A stretch of 64,000 nucleotides of DNA from Octopus vulgaris (lineage: Eukaryota). Each line of letters begins with the position of its first letter. The first letter of the stretch is position 1. The position numbers and the translations under genes were made by a program. Where the stretch lies: the NCBI GenBank assembly GCA_951406725.2, contig OX597827.1:40300001-40364000 (forward strand), in the 5' to 3' direction. This document shows positions 24,191 to 36,917 of this stretch, piece by piece. Under the pieces are notes generated by a model, which saw only the letters and a program-made list of their open reading frames with translations, had not been told where the DNA came from and did not search any database.

Positions 24191-24611
24191 TTTACTTTTG
24201 TTTTTTTCCCTTCTTCTTTAATTGATTTTCTACTCATCTCCTCCCTCAACTTCCGCTGCCTTGTAAGGTTCAGTCTGTTCCCAAGTGGTCTTAATTATGC
24301 CATGGTAAGATATGAGTTGTAAACCAACCTGAACTGTACAAGTTAATATAACAAAACATTCAATAAATGTTATTGAAATAACTACAACAATTTTGTTTGT
24401 TTTCTTTATCTCTCTCTCTCTCTTCACACACACATCGTGTGGGTGTGTGTTTGTGCCATCATGGCTGTTTGGTTAAAAAGTTTGCTTTGCTACCACATGG
24501 TTTTGGGTTCATTCCTACGGCAAGGCACTTGGGCTTAATGTCTTCTGCTACACCTTTGCACTAACCAAAACCTTGTGAGTAGATTTTAGACAGAAACTGA
24601 AAATATAGTTT

Positions 24612-25080
24612 GTGTGTGGCAGATGCACAGGTACAATAAACACAAGAAATGTACAGAAAATAGACTCCATCAAATGCCAGGAGGGATACTTACAAGTAGT
24701 TGATAGCTTCCGTTATCTTGGTGACCAAGTCAGCTGCCAGAATAAGAATAGGCTGGGCAAAGTTCAGAGGGCTTCTGTCTTTGTTGGTAATAAAGGGCCT
24801 CTCCCTCAGAGTGAAAGGTAGATTGTATGATTCCGGTGTGTGGACAGACATGCTACACAGCAGTGAAACATGGGCTGGGACTGCCAAGGATATGTGTAGG
24901 CTTGAAAGAAATAAAGCTTGTATGCTTTGCTGGATGTGTAATGCCAGTGTGCATATATGACAGTGTAAGCATCTTGAGAGAAAATTTTGGGCATAAGAGG
25001 CATCAGATACGGTGTGCAAGAGAGAACACTGTGCTGGTATGGTCATGTGATGCCTATTGACAAAGACAGCTGTGTACAAT
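24612..25080 (+). mobile_element. RTE-clade LINE reverse-transcriptase C-terminal fragment
   Basis: VVDSFRYLGDQ...ARIRIGWAKFRGLLSLL...KGRLYD...MLHSSETW, with frameshifts. Confidence 0.8.
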
Positions 25081-28000
25081 CTCTATGGAGGCAATAACAA
25101 ATGATTGAGACCTTGGAGGTTTGCTGTGCTTTAAAAGACTTGTCAAGTCAAGTGAAATTGTAGTAGACGGTGCTAGCGTCTTGTAAAAGATGCCTGTGAT
25201 GGTGACATGTAGAAGGCATCCATGTCGGTGATACAGAAAAGGCACCCACTACACTCTTGATGTGGTTGGCATTGCGAAGGGCATCCAGCTGTAGAAACTA
25301 AGCCAAAATTAGACTGGATCTCAGCACAGCTCTCTGGCTTACAAGTTCCAGTCAAACTGTCTAACCCATGCTAGCATGGGAAACAGATGCTAAATGATGA
25401 TGATGATGATGATGTATACACAGTGACAGAGGTCACCATCAATTTAGAACTACTGAACAAACTTCAAAACTTAAAATTTTTTACTGTGCAAATTATATTT
25501 TTATAATTGCTTTAAATATTTGTTTGACATTGTCTTTATTTAAATCTATATCTCAAGAGTTCTGTTATAGTTTTGAAGTTAAGGATTTCATAAACAGAAA
25601 ACCACAAAATTTGTTCTTATTTGTGATTCTTGATGAGTCCATCAGTTTATATTGTATGCTAGTGGCAACACTATAGATCAGAAAGCAACAAATGAGTTGT
25701 TACCTACAAAGGAGGTACATATTATTCAGTTAAATGAGGAGAGTTCTTCCTGTTAGAACAAAACTTTGCACCTGAATTAATGTAATTTTTCCTTTCAGAA
25801 GGTTGTTCCTACACTACAGACGACTTCTATGACACCTTAGAAGTGGCAGGCCCATGAAAACATTCTTAAAAGAAGATAGTCTTTCATAGAATTAGTAAAC
25901 AAGTACTCAATGACTGCAGTTGACATCAAATAGTTTGGACTTGCACAAGTCTCTGACTATCAGAAACAACTGTTTGCAGACAGCTCAAGCAATTTGGACT
26001 AAACTAGCAGTAATTCACTAACATACTATTCATTCTGCAAAGAGCTGAAAAGTGTAGTATGAATTCAATAGTGATCTTGTAGATTGGATCCTTGCTGATT
26101 AGACTCTGTGAATTGTATGAATGAATTTAAGATCACCTAGTTTGGATCTGAAGGTAGGATATGCAAGACATGATTAGGTGACCTGAGAGAATTGTTAGCA
26201 CACTAGGCAAAGTGCTTAGCTGTATTCTGTCTGTTTTCATGTTCTAAGTTCAAATTCTGCTGAGGTCAACTTTGCCTTTCATCCTTTTGGAGAGGTTTCT
26301 TGGTTTAACTCTGTGAAGAGTTTTAGAAACAGTGTCATGGTCTTGAAAAGATTCTCATAGCTTAAGCTCTTGGTCTTATTATGACTGATATCCTGGATTA
26401 AGAAGTGTACAAAGGTCTATGAAAGACATCTTTTATTTTATTCTGAGGTCATTTGCTGCTCAATGATAATGACCTCAGATGCACTACACAATGAATCAAG
26501 CTGTCAATTGTTTTTTTTTATCCCAAATTTAGTCCAATGTTTTAATTCACTAAAACTGATTGAACATTTCTTAACATAAAGCTCTGCTCAGAAACCACTG
26601 AACCTGTCTGGTGTGATAAAAAAATCTTAGAAAAAATTCCTGTTTCTTGTTGCTGGCACCTGATTGAGTCCATGCCACATAAATGTCACAAAGTCACTGA
26701 GAGAAAAAGAGAAAAAGCTGGCTATTGACCAGTGAATATATGTTGTTCAATAAGAAATCATTGATTGTGTTATTTATTTAATTTCTTTGGTGCCACGTAA
26801 AAAACACTTATACTGGTGCCACTTGGGAGCACCTGTGTTGGTACTGTGTAAAAGCACCCAGTACACTCTGTAAAATGGTTGGCATTAGGAAGGGCATCCA
26901 GCCGTAGAAACTATGTCTAAACACACATGGAGCAGCTCTCCAGTTGACCAGCTCCCATCAAATCATCCAACCCGTATCAGCATGGAAAACGGATGCTAAA
27001 TGACGATGATGATGATATCAGTGTATCTGTGTTTAAAATTGGGACAACAGGGTTATCCAGCTTATAACTGAGACTGGTTACACATCTATATACTTCATTA
27101 GTTTATTCCTTTATTTCAGTTGCGTTACTTGAGCTGGTTTTTTTTTCTCTGCTTTCCCGCTGATTTCTAATACTAGTGACAGAATACTGTCTGTTAGTCT
27201 AAAAGACAGGGCACGTCTTCAGAATATCACTCAAATTTTTCCTGCCATGTGAATGAGATTCCATGTCTGGCACTCTGACGTCAGTGTTTGAAGATGTCTT
27301 AGCTACAGTCTAAAAGAATAGTGAAAGGTTTTGTTTAAAAAAAAATAAATAAAGATGAAATTGTAGTGGTTAAGTGTATATCAATGAACATAGATGCAAA
27401 TGGAATGTGTATGTAAACAAATACGTAAACCGATCCATAATTGAGAAGAATTTATTTACAGTGTTTGATTCATTATATGTACACTACATACAAAATGTAG
27501 GCGACTGCTACGAGTTACTAGAAATACAGAGTACATTCGTGGAAGTCATATTAGGAATGAATATGTTTGTGTGTGTGCGTTGATCATTTGAAACAGTAGT
27601 GTATCGGCACTTCGAACATTTCTCTCTGTCCCTGCGGTCTGCCAAAACCTTGGGTCGTAGATAGATCTATCTCGTCTGTCTGCCTCTGTATTTATAACAA
27701 ACAGTGGTAGCTAGAAAGACAGACATACTGCGACAGAGTTTGTACCTAAATAGGTCAGCGCCTGTCCAGTTGAACTTTGCCTGACATGATGAGGTCGCAG
27801 GTCAAAGGGAGATGATCAATCAATTTTTGATAGGATAAAGAAAACCTTTTTTCGCGCCTGTTGATCGTCGTGGTTTGGACGACCGAGAATTCTTGGATTC
27901 GGTTTCGAATCTAGGCTTGGAGAAGGAAGTGTTAATTCTTACAAAATCTCACACGCCAGATTTGCTGACAAATATGGCTTATGGTTTTTATCAGCAAATA

Positions 28001-29095
28001 AAAAAAATATCGAGTAATCCTTATCACAAATATAAATAAAAAAAAAAAAACAAACTTTAAAATTAATTAAACATTGAATAGATCGAAAACTCTGGGCTTT
28101 TTTCGTAGTTTGTTGTAAAAATAATTTATCGGAAATAATAAACTTTTAGTATAGTAACTTCAAATACTGCAAACTGAATTAACTTGTACTTTTAAGACGT
28201 CTGTAGGGTTTGTGGCCCAGCCCCACACATAGGAACCGGCGTAAAATGCAGCACTTGATGATCTTGATATGGTTCAAACAGAATTGTTGGCTGTTTAGAA
28301 TCGGAATAATACTGCTCCTACCAGACTGTGAAAATTGTGGTGGTAGTGGGGGGGGGGGGGGAAACAAAAAACAAAAAACTATAGTATGTCACACAACTGG
28401 TTTGTGTACTTTCGAATCAGACCTGATCGACGTACTTATATTCAAAAGTATTCCAGCCATGACCAGCTTATCCGTTTGTTCAGACATACAGAATCCCGGA
28501 CAACGTTATCAATGTGTAATTTTTTCAAGATGACATTAGGTTGGGTTTGAGGAAGATTTGGCTACTATTTCTAGTAGGTCGAGTCTGACAACTGAGTTAG
28601 TTTACTAAGGGGAGAACACTCTAGCTTTGTTTGTGTTTGTTTTCGTTTCCCACCCTTTTATCACAGTCACTACATGACGTAATCATCTGTCTTCGTTACA
28701 CGTCGGGGAGAAAAACAAACGCGATAACAAAATAGTGCCAACTATTTTATCGATTTTACATTGTTAATTAGAGTCAATTATCATACAAAAATTTACTTTG
28801 TTGTTTTCTTTCTTATGTACGGGTAGTATGTTGAATTGTTAAATAGTCTGCTTGCAAGAAAATGTTTCAAAAATAAACAAGCTTCGTATGTGTGTATATA
28901 TATATAGTTCCTGTTTTGGCTTAGTAAAAGTACGCCATTACACAAGTTGGACTATCTGTAACATCTCTTCCTTCATATACAAACAGCAAAAACTCTTTTT
29001 TTTTTATTGTCGCTTTGGCAAATAATTCTTCGAAGTCTCCATCCAATTTATTTGGAGAATACGTTTATAAGAATCTTGGCTACTTGTTATTTGCA

Positions 29096-29200
29096 ATGAA
29101 AATGCGACTGAAATTCGACAACGAAGAACCGAATGCTTACCGCTGTTGTTTTTGCTGTCACGTAAGAACTGGGACCATAATATTGGGACTATGGCATTTG
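29096..29200 (+). CDS. LAPTM4: LAPTM4-family (Mtp) lysosomal tetraspanning protein, coding exon 1 (MKMRLKFDNEEPNAYRCCFCCHVRTGTIILGLWHL)
   Basis: Contains the LAPTM4A/B N-terminal signature RCCxCCHVRTGTIILGxW. ATG at 29096, donor gtaagt at 29201. Confidence 0.93.
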
Positions 29201-31092
29201 GTAAGTAAATAAAGAAAAAAAAAGGAACGATTAATTGTTTTAGTGATATCGAGAGGAATACATGTGTATTAACATTTTTGCTTGTTTGCAAGTTTGAATG
29301 ATCATTTTAAGTTTTGCTTACAAAAATGTTGAATGCAACCAGCTTGCTCTTGAACAAGCTTCATAAAAAGACGTTTCAGTCCCTCCTTTAGATTATTATT
29401 ATTATTGTTCTGTCGTTTTTAGCTGCAAAAAAAAAAATTGCAGTCAACGAGCAATGCTAACATTAATTCGTTTTCTAGGCCTATTAGTGTGAGGAGAAAA
29501 ACGAATTATTACTGCAATCATTCGAGTAGATAAAATAAAAAAGAGAAAACTTTAAAAAATCCTCTTATATTTTAATTTTTTAGGGACTCGCTTGAACGCG
29601 AAACATAATTTTGAAGAAAATTAATTTATAATTCGCCGTATTTGTGGTTAATCACTTTCACTTTTTTTAAAAAGATATTTAAGGCAATCCTTCGAAAATG
29701 GTACCGAAATTATTGCCAATATTTAATGCATTGTAGTTAATTTCTTCTGATAAATTTACACCCTTTCAAATATTTCTACAACTAATTTGCTATTATTCCT
29801 TATAAGTGTTAGCCATGCTGTTGAGATCTAGAGTCTCAAGTGTCGAACCAGTTTCTCTAGTGGTAGTACTTCCTCCTATTATGCTTTAATGTGAGAAAAT
29901 ACGTATTTATTTGCCACAAGTCTCTGTTAGGCCAACACCACCGAGAGCGATTAATGAAAACAGGCTGTGAATAAAAACTGGTAGGATTTCATATAGGTTT
30001 GTAATCATGTGCTAAAATGCACATGATTGCAAACTTGGACAAAAGTAGAAGTCGGTTAATGTAGTAACTGTTCGACGTATATGAAATGGTGGTAGAAAAG
30101 AATAACGGTGATTGATAACTATAAAGTTGTTAGAATGGCTGTTTTTTAAAAAAAATGTATTTACAGAAATGATAAAATGACTCAACTGTTTTTTTATATT
30201 GTGAAATGTGTGAACTGTTAATGGAATTCGATAAACATTTCCCGACCATTCGGCGGGTATGGTTTAAAGTTACTTGGTACATCAAAAGCTTTTTTTCAGT
30301 CTTTTGGCAAAATAACATTTTTTTAATTACCTTTGAAGTTTAGTATGCAAAACCTAAGGATTTCCAAACGATTTATTTAGTTTAGAAAATCATTTTTTAA
30401 TCTCTCGTTTCTGTTAAAGGCTATCCTTAAGATTGCCATGTAAAAAAAAGTTACAGCCTCTTCTCTTTTTACGTTTTGTAGACATAGCTTTGTTTACATT
30501 TGTTTCTTTGATATCATTTAGTCAGGAAATATCAGAGGTTTATATATAATAAACACCTTCCGTTGTAAACATTTTTTCGCTTGTAATAAGGGGTTGTGGA
30601 CAGTATAAGCTTAAAACCAATAATACGAATTGGGGTGGAGGAAACAAAACAAAACAACCTCTGGTCTTTCAGCTGAAATATATCGGAAAGCGAATTGTTA
30701 TATGTCGGTAATCGGTAACAAATCGGTTTGCCTATTCGTTCGCATGTGTAAATACTCATTTACTGACATTTTGCCATTTCCGCTATTCAAGTACAATAGG
30801 GACATTTAACTCGTCAGGAATTTAAACAAAAATGACATCCGTCATATCAACAGGTTGAAACTGTTTGACAGATCTTTGCAATTTCTGGACGAATATATAT
30901 TTCTTTTGTATTATTTCTATTTAAGCCGACGAGATTCATTTAACTCGATAGGTAATTAACAAGTTTTTATGGTCATGAATACCACAAGCTAATTCAAATA
31001 TTGTTTTATTTTTTTTTTTATTTTTTAAAATGATGCATTGCTAACACGATAAATTCATGCACCCACACAATCACGAGTTGTGTGTTGTGGTG

Positions 31093-31127
<35 letters not shown>

Positions 31128-31158
31128 CACATTATTAAAAAGTAGCAAAAATATCACA

Positions 31159-31204
31159 AAAACTGTTACTCAGAGTTTCGCGTTCCTGTTCTTCGGACAG
31201 TTTT
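31159..31204 (-). ncRNA. Minimal type-I hammerhead-ribozyme-like motif
   Basis: Minus strand reads AAAACUGU-CCGAAGA-ACAGGAACGC-GAAA-CUCUGAG-UA^ACAGUUUU. Perfect 8-bp stem I, palindromic stem III, GUA triplet; U4C and eroded stem II. Confidence 0.65.
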
Positions 31205-31619
31205 GTTACTTTCATTTTAATTGTCGCACATATATTTTATCACTGCTTCTGAGGGTTGGGGTTAAAACTCCTTCTTGTACATGGGATTTTAAAAACCTTC
31301 CCCTCTCACTTTTATTGCACATCCCCACCATTGTTAAGCTGTCTTTAGGTCTTTGTTTTGAACATCCGGGATTCAGAATTTGTCAAATACTAATAACGAC
31401 AAGGATGATATTACTACTACTAATGATAAAAAACAAATAAGAATGATAATAAATTAATTTTTAAAATTAATATTTTAAAATCACAAACTAATTTTATTTC
31501 GTTTGCATGCGACGTTTGAAAGCACTAGTTTGTTTCTTGAAATTGAAAATGCTGTCCAAATATATACGCTTCAAATACGTACGAAATTATTTAAACACTC
31601 AAAGGCGTGTCTACACAAT

Positions 31620-31874
31620 TGTGCCCCCCACCCGACTTTGTTTCATCATAACTTTCAGAAAATTGAGATTTTTTTTAATGAAATTTTCTACAAATACCAT
31701 TCATATCGGAATTTAAAGTGAAAAATGGTGTGGGTGCGCACACATAGCACTATTTTTTAAATTCCACATTAAATTCCTATGTAATTGTAATCTACACCGA
31801 ATTGTATGTGTAGATTTCATTTAACAATTTCCGTTTTTCTTAAATCTATGAGGAAACAAATTCGGGGAGGCACA
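31620..31874. repeat. MITE-like inverted repeat (~75-bp arms)
   Basis: tgtgcccccacccgactttgtttcatcata...tctacaaatac pairs with gtatgtgtagatttcatt...tatgaggaaacaaattcggggaggcaca. Confidence 0.7.
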
Positions 31875-33110
31875 TTAAATACTGCAGCTATAAATTTTCT
31901 AGTCCTAACCAGTTTCTCATTAAAATATTTTTTAAATTCTGAAACCGCTTAATATCCGATGTTCAGAATGTATATTTTCTCTTTAATGTGTGTGTATATA
32001 TATATATATATCGAATCGTTCTCTTTATTTTTTTGCATTTAATTTACAACATACATGAATATGCCACTTTAAAATTCAAATCCCGAACCGAAAACACATT
32101 TATGTGCGAGGAAAGAAAAAAAAATCAATTCAACACGTCAATTGGTCGTACACCATAAGGTTCAACGAAACTTATTGAAGCAAGCCAACACGTTCGCGGC
32201 ATTACTGTGGGTGATGGCGTGGCTAAGGCGTTGGAATAGCCAAGCACCACCACAGGCATCACCTGACACCTCGGTAAGGATGACTTCGCTGTCAGCGGCC
32301 CAGTTAAAAAAAAAAGTGTTAAAAATATGCACTTATATAGAATAGACAGCGCAAAAGGAGACACGAGGCACAGAATGTCACCGAAGAGATCACGGAATGC
32401 GTTACGAAAGAACTCGGTGCGTGTGTTTATTGGCAAAAGATGACTACCCCCAAATATGTTTCAACACTCGATTTCACATCAAGAATCTTGCAAAACAAAT
32501 ACACAAACGTGTATGTTGTGTGTGTGTGAAAATACGTTTCCTCTACAAGGCAATAATAGAGGTGTTTGCATTCAGCTTTATAATTCAGTCAAGCTTATTT
32601 TTTTTAGTAACTTATAAGTATTAACATTAACTGTAAAAGCAATGCAAGATTATGGACACATTCAATGAGCGCAATATATATTTTCACAACAGTCATGTGT
32701 TTATAAAGATAACCTCGTCTGATTCCTCATTTCAGTCTCACGTTATTAGGTTTCTTAGTTGAAGAGCGAGAGAGGGGGGGGGAGATGTGGTGGTGATGAA
32801 AGGGCAACAAATGCCGTTTCAAGCTTTATACTTATAAATATTATTGAGAGCTCCAGCTCTCAATAACAAAATTGCCATTATACGGTAAATACTCTAGAAA
32901 GACATACTCGTTTAAATTCATGGCTGGTGTCAACTCTTGACGGCAACAAATGTTGATTACCTTGTAACACCTGCATTGTCATGTTGCCAGAAGCTAATTA
33001 TTTATTCATTTGTGACACATTTTCAAGAATGAAATATACGGATTTCCACTAATTTTTGTTCATTTTCTAGAGTGATATGTTATATATATATATATATATA
33101 TGCAATATAT

Positions 33111-33397
<287 letters not shown>

Positions 33398-33565
33398 TTT
33401 ACAGTCATTAGACTGTGGCCATGCTGGGGCATCGCCTTGAATTTTTTAGTCAGTTCTTATTTTTTTTTTTTTGCCTGGTACTTATTCCATCAGTCTCTTT
33501 TGTTGAACTGCTAAGTTACACAGACTTAAACACAACACAGATTGTCAAATGGTGATGAGGGACTA

Positions 33566-33646
<81 letters not shown>

Positions 33647-34259
33647 TACATGCACACAACGGGATTCTTTCAGTTTCTGTCTATCAAATCCATTCACAAG
33701 GCTTTGGTTGGCCCAAGGCTATAGTAGAAGACACTTGCCCTATGTTCCACGCAGTGGGACTGAACGTGGAACCATGTGGTTGAGAAGCAAACTTCTTACC
33801 ACACAGCCACTCCTGCACCTATATACATAAAATGTCTTGCTTCTGTCATTAGACTGCAGCCATGTTGTGACACAGCCTTGAAGAATTTTAATCTGAATTT
33901 TTGTGCTTTTAAACCTGTTAATTATTCTATCAGTCACTTTTGTCGAATAGTAAGGTTATGGAGACATAAATACCCAAACACCGGTTGTCAAGCAGTGGTG
34001 GGACATACACACACACACACACACACATTGAACTTCTTTCAGTTTGTCTGCCAAATTCATCACAAGGCTTTGGTTGGCCCAAGGAGTCACACATAGTGGG
34101 ACTGAACCTGGAACCATGTGGTCGGGAAGTCACAGATAGCAAGGTCTGGTCTATAGCGAGAGTGAGGGACAGTTTTGATACCCATGTCTATCAAGTAGTT
34201 GGTTACCATGATGGAATTGTGAACTGGTGTATTGTCCAAGTGGAGTTGCGACTGACCTT

Positions 34260-34505
34260 TTGCCACTAAATCTCTTCCTGAACCTTTGCTGCAGCTTTGA
34301 TGGTTGCCCGTAAGACATCTTTCAACATAAATTGGCGTCCATCAGCATAAACATTGTGGACCAAAGATTTTCGATAGGGTTGAGATCCACACTATCAACC
34401 TTTCACCCTGTATATCGTAAGACCCTAGGAATGTTTGGGTGGTCCTAGCAGAGTGGGAGGGAGTGTTGTCATGCATGATTACGAGATTCCTTAGTGTGGT
34501 TCTGG
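34260..34505 (-). mobile_element. Tc1-family transposase C-terminal fragment
   Basis: Minus strand MHDNTPSHSA...DLNPIENLW...VYADGRQF. Confidence 0.8.
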
Positions 34506-35040
34506 GTACACCCCCCCCCACACACACACATGTTTAATGTCCACTTTTCTATGCTTACATTGGTCAGATGGAATTTATTGAGGCAGACTTCGTCCTTCCT
34601 GTTGCCAACACTCATCTGTTTCCAAGCAAAGTAATATTTCCTCAATAGCTAGATATGTTTTTTCACAGAAGACTGGAAACGAGCAACATCGCTGGTATGA
34701 TAATGATGATGCTTGTTTAAAACTATCTCAATTGTGGACTGATGCATTGTTCTGATGCGTGTGCCACTGATCTGAGTTGGAGAGCTCTGGCCTGTTGCAA
34801 CTAAATTTCTTCCTGAACTCTCTTGAAACCTCCACAAAGTATTCTGTATTGACCATCTATCCTGAAGGAATCCAGTGAAAACACACAAATACACATACAT
34901 GCACACATATGATGGGTTTCTTTTAGTTTTCGTCTTCCAAGTCTACTCATAAAGCTTTGGTTGACATGGATCTATAAAAGAACACATTTGCCCAAGGTGC
35001 CATACAATGGGACCACATGGCTAGAAAGCCAAGCCTGTCT

Positions 35041-35078
<38 letters not shown>

Positions 35079-35128
35079 ATGCACACACACACACATGCGC
35101 ACACAGGGTGTGCATTGTTTGATTTTGT

Positions 35129-35645
35129 CAACTACACAGTATAGTAGGGTCAGTTGAGCACCATCTGTGAGAAAAACACCATGTCACAATTCACTCTGCT
35201 AGAAATTTGGAAATGACATGTTGTACAGCTTGGCATTCGCACTAGAACAACTACACAGTATAGTAGGGTCAGTTGAGCACCATCTGTGAGAAAAACAACA
35301 CCATGTCACAATTCACTCTGCTAGAAATTTGGAAATGACATGTTGTACAGCTTGGCATTCGCACTGGAAGCTCTAATATGAACATTTCAGAATGTTTGGG
35401 AAAAGTTGGATGAATCTAATGGTGATTATGCAGGTATGGCAGCTCAGAAAACTCATTCTAATCATTCTGATAAGAAAAGAACTCCTGAATTCGTTGGTGA
35501 GATCCAGGCCATGATTGACAACGATCCCTTCAAGTCAATCAGGTCCATCACCAGGGACATGGGTGTGTCGGAGTTTCTTATCGGGCAGGTTTGCATGAAG
35601 ATATTTGGTATTCCTCATACAAGATGAGCAAGGGCCAATTTTTAT
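35129..35645 (+). mobile_element. IS630-Tc1-mariner transposase N-terminal/HTH fragment with an internal ~118-bp tandem duplication
   Basis: RTPEFVGEIQAMIDNDPFKSIRSITRDMGVSEFLI. Duplicated block at about 35129-35243 and 35248-35365. Confidence 0.7.
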
Positions 35646-35649
35646 CATC

Positions 35650-35790
35650 ATCACTGCAATGCTGGTTCCAAGCCAAGTATTTTTTTCATGTTGAAGAACA
35701 GATGACAGTCAGATAGGGTCAAATCAACAAAATAGGAAGGGTAATCAACCAGTTCAAAGCCATAGCCATGCACAATGGCCATTACATAAT
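35650..35790 (-). mobile_element. mariner transposase fragment
   Basis: Minus strand GFELVDYPSYFVDLTLSDCHLF, a degenerate form of HPPYSPDLAPSDYHLF. Confidence 0.7.
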
Positions 35791-36917
35791 TTCCTTGTCA
35801 TTCAATTCATGTTTGCAATGTCTTTGTCATGTGACCAAGATTATTTTTGATTAGCTCTTTGATTTGGTCTTCTTCAATGGCTGTAGACCTGCTGGAATGT
35901 TCAGGCTTCCAGATTAAAATTTTTTCTCTTGAACCTACCAAACCACTTACGAATAGTTGTTTCAGCTATAACGTCATCTCCCTAAACTGTACTTATCTAT
36001 TTTGCTGTTTGTATGGATTTTTTTTCTTTTCGAGAAATAAAATTATCGAATAATGAAAATGTATCTTCCTTTCATTTTTACTTTAATGTGCAAACAGTAG
36101 AAATAAACTATTCACACTGTAATCTCAGAGAAAGACATGTTGAAATGACACCTTTCAGAAGATATACATATATATATATATATATATGTTATGCTTTTGT
36201 CATGCAAGAAATGAAATCTTGTGTTTAAACACCAATTAAAAAAACATTAACTTTTGTTCCAACCCAATATATATCATCATGATCATCATCACACATTCTT
36301 TTTTTCCATGCTGGCATGGGTTGGACAGTTTGACTAGAACAGACAAGTCAAAAGGGTCTACCATATTCTATGTTACAGCTGGATGCCCTTCCTAATGCCA
36401 ATTACGTATAAGTGTACTGGGTGCTTTTTGTGTGACACCAGCACTGGTGAAGTTGCTAAGTATCAGCAAGATAAGACCCCTCAACTGTGTGGGTATATGT
36501 GTATATGTTTGTTGGTATGTGTAAGCTTAATATGTGTGTATTTTTGTGTACATGTAAGTACATTTGGATATGTGTATTATCCCAAATTACTACTGTTTGG
36601 GAGAGGAAAGCACACAATTGGAAATACAATTCTCAAATTGCTCCTTAAATGATGTGATGGTCATAGCTGTAATACATTTGATCATAGCACTGTTCATTCA
36701 GCTGACCACCAGTTTTCTTACACCAAGTTTCTTGCTCAAAGTCTAAACCTGTGTGTGTGAGGTGGGTGGTGGTTTATAGCTGACTATTAAAAGAAAGAAA
36801 AACAAGCTTCTGTAGGTTTACAACATTTAACTGTTCTTGTAGAGAAAGATTGCCTGGCATTCTCTGTGTCCTTATTCAAGAATAGATTTGTCTTAACATT
36901 ACAGGAACTATACAGTG

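Larger units (their letters stand above)
27400..33000. promoter_or_regulatory. CpG-retaining domain around the LAPTM4 promoter, first exon and proximal intron 1
   Basis: CG dinucleotides are visibly frequent here and rare in the flanking sequence (judged by eye). CRE-like TGACGTAA near 28676; a perfect TGACGTCA lies just upstream at 27276-27283. Confidence 0.6.

Noticed and set aside
25799-26155. Possible extra exon after a tttcctttcag acceptor
   Set aside because: All three plus frames hit stops within about 20 codons, and I saw no convincing minus-strand frame.
27854-27917. tRNA gene
   Set aside because: A-box-like and GTTCGAATC-like strings are present but no full cloverleaf or anticodon arm can be built.
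29015-29095. In-frame N-terminal extension of LAPTM4 from a TTG (analogous to the long LAPTM4B isoform)
   Set aside because: Only 27 open codons, no ATG and no recognisable motif; compatible with chance.
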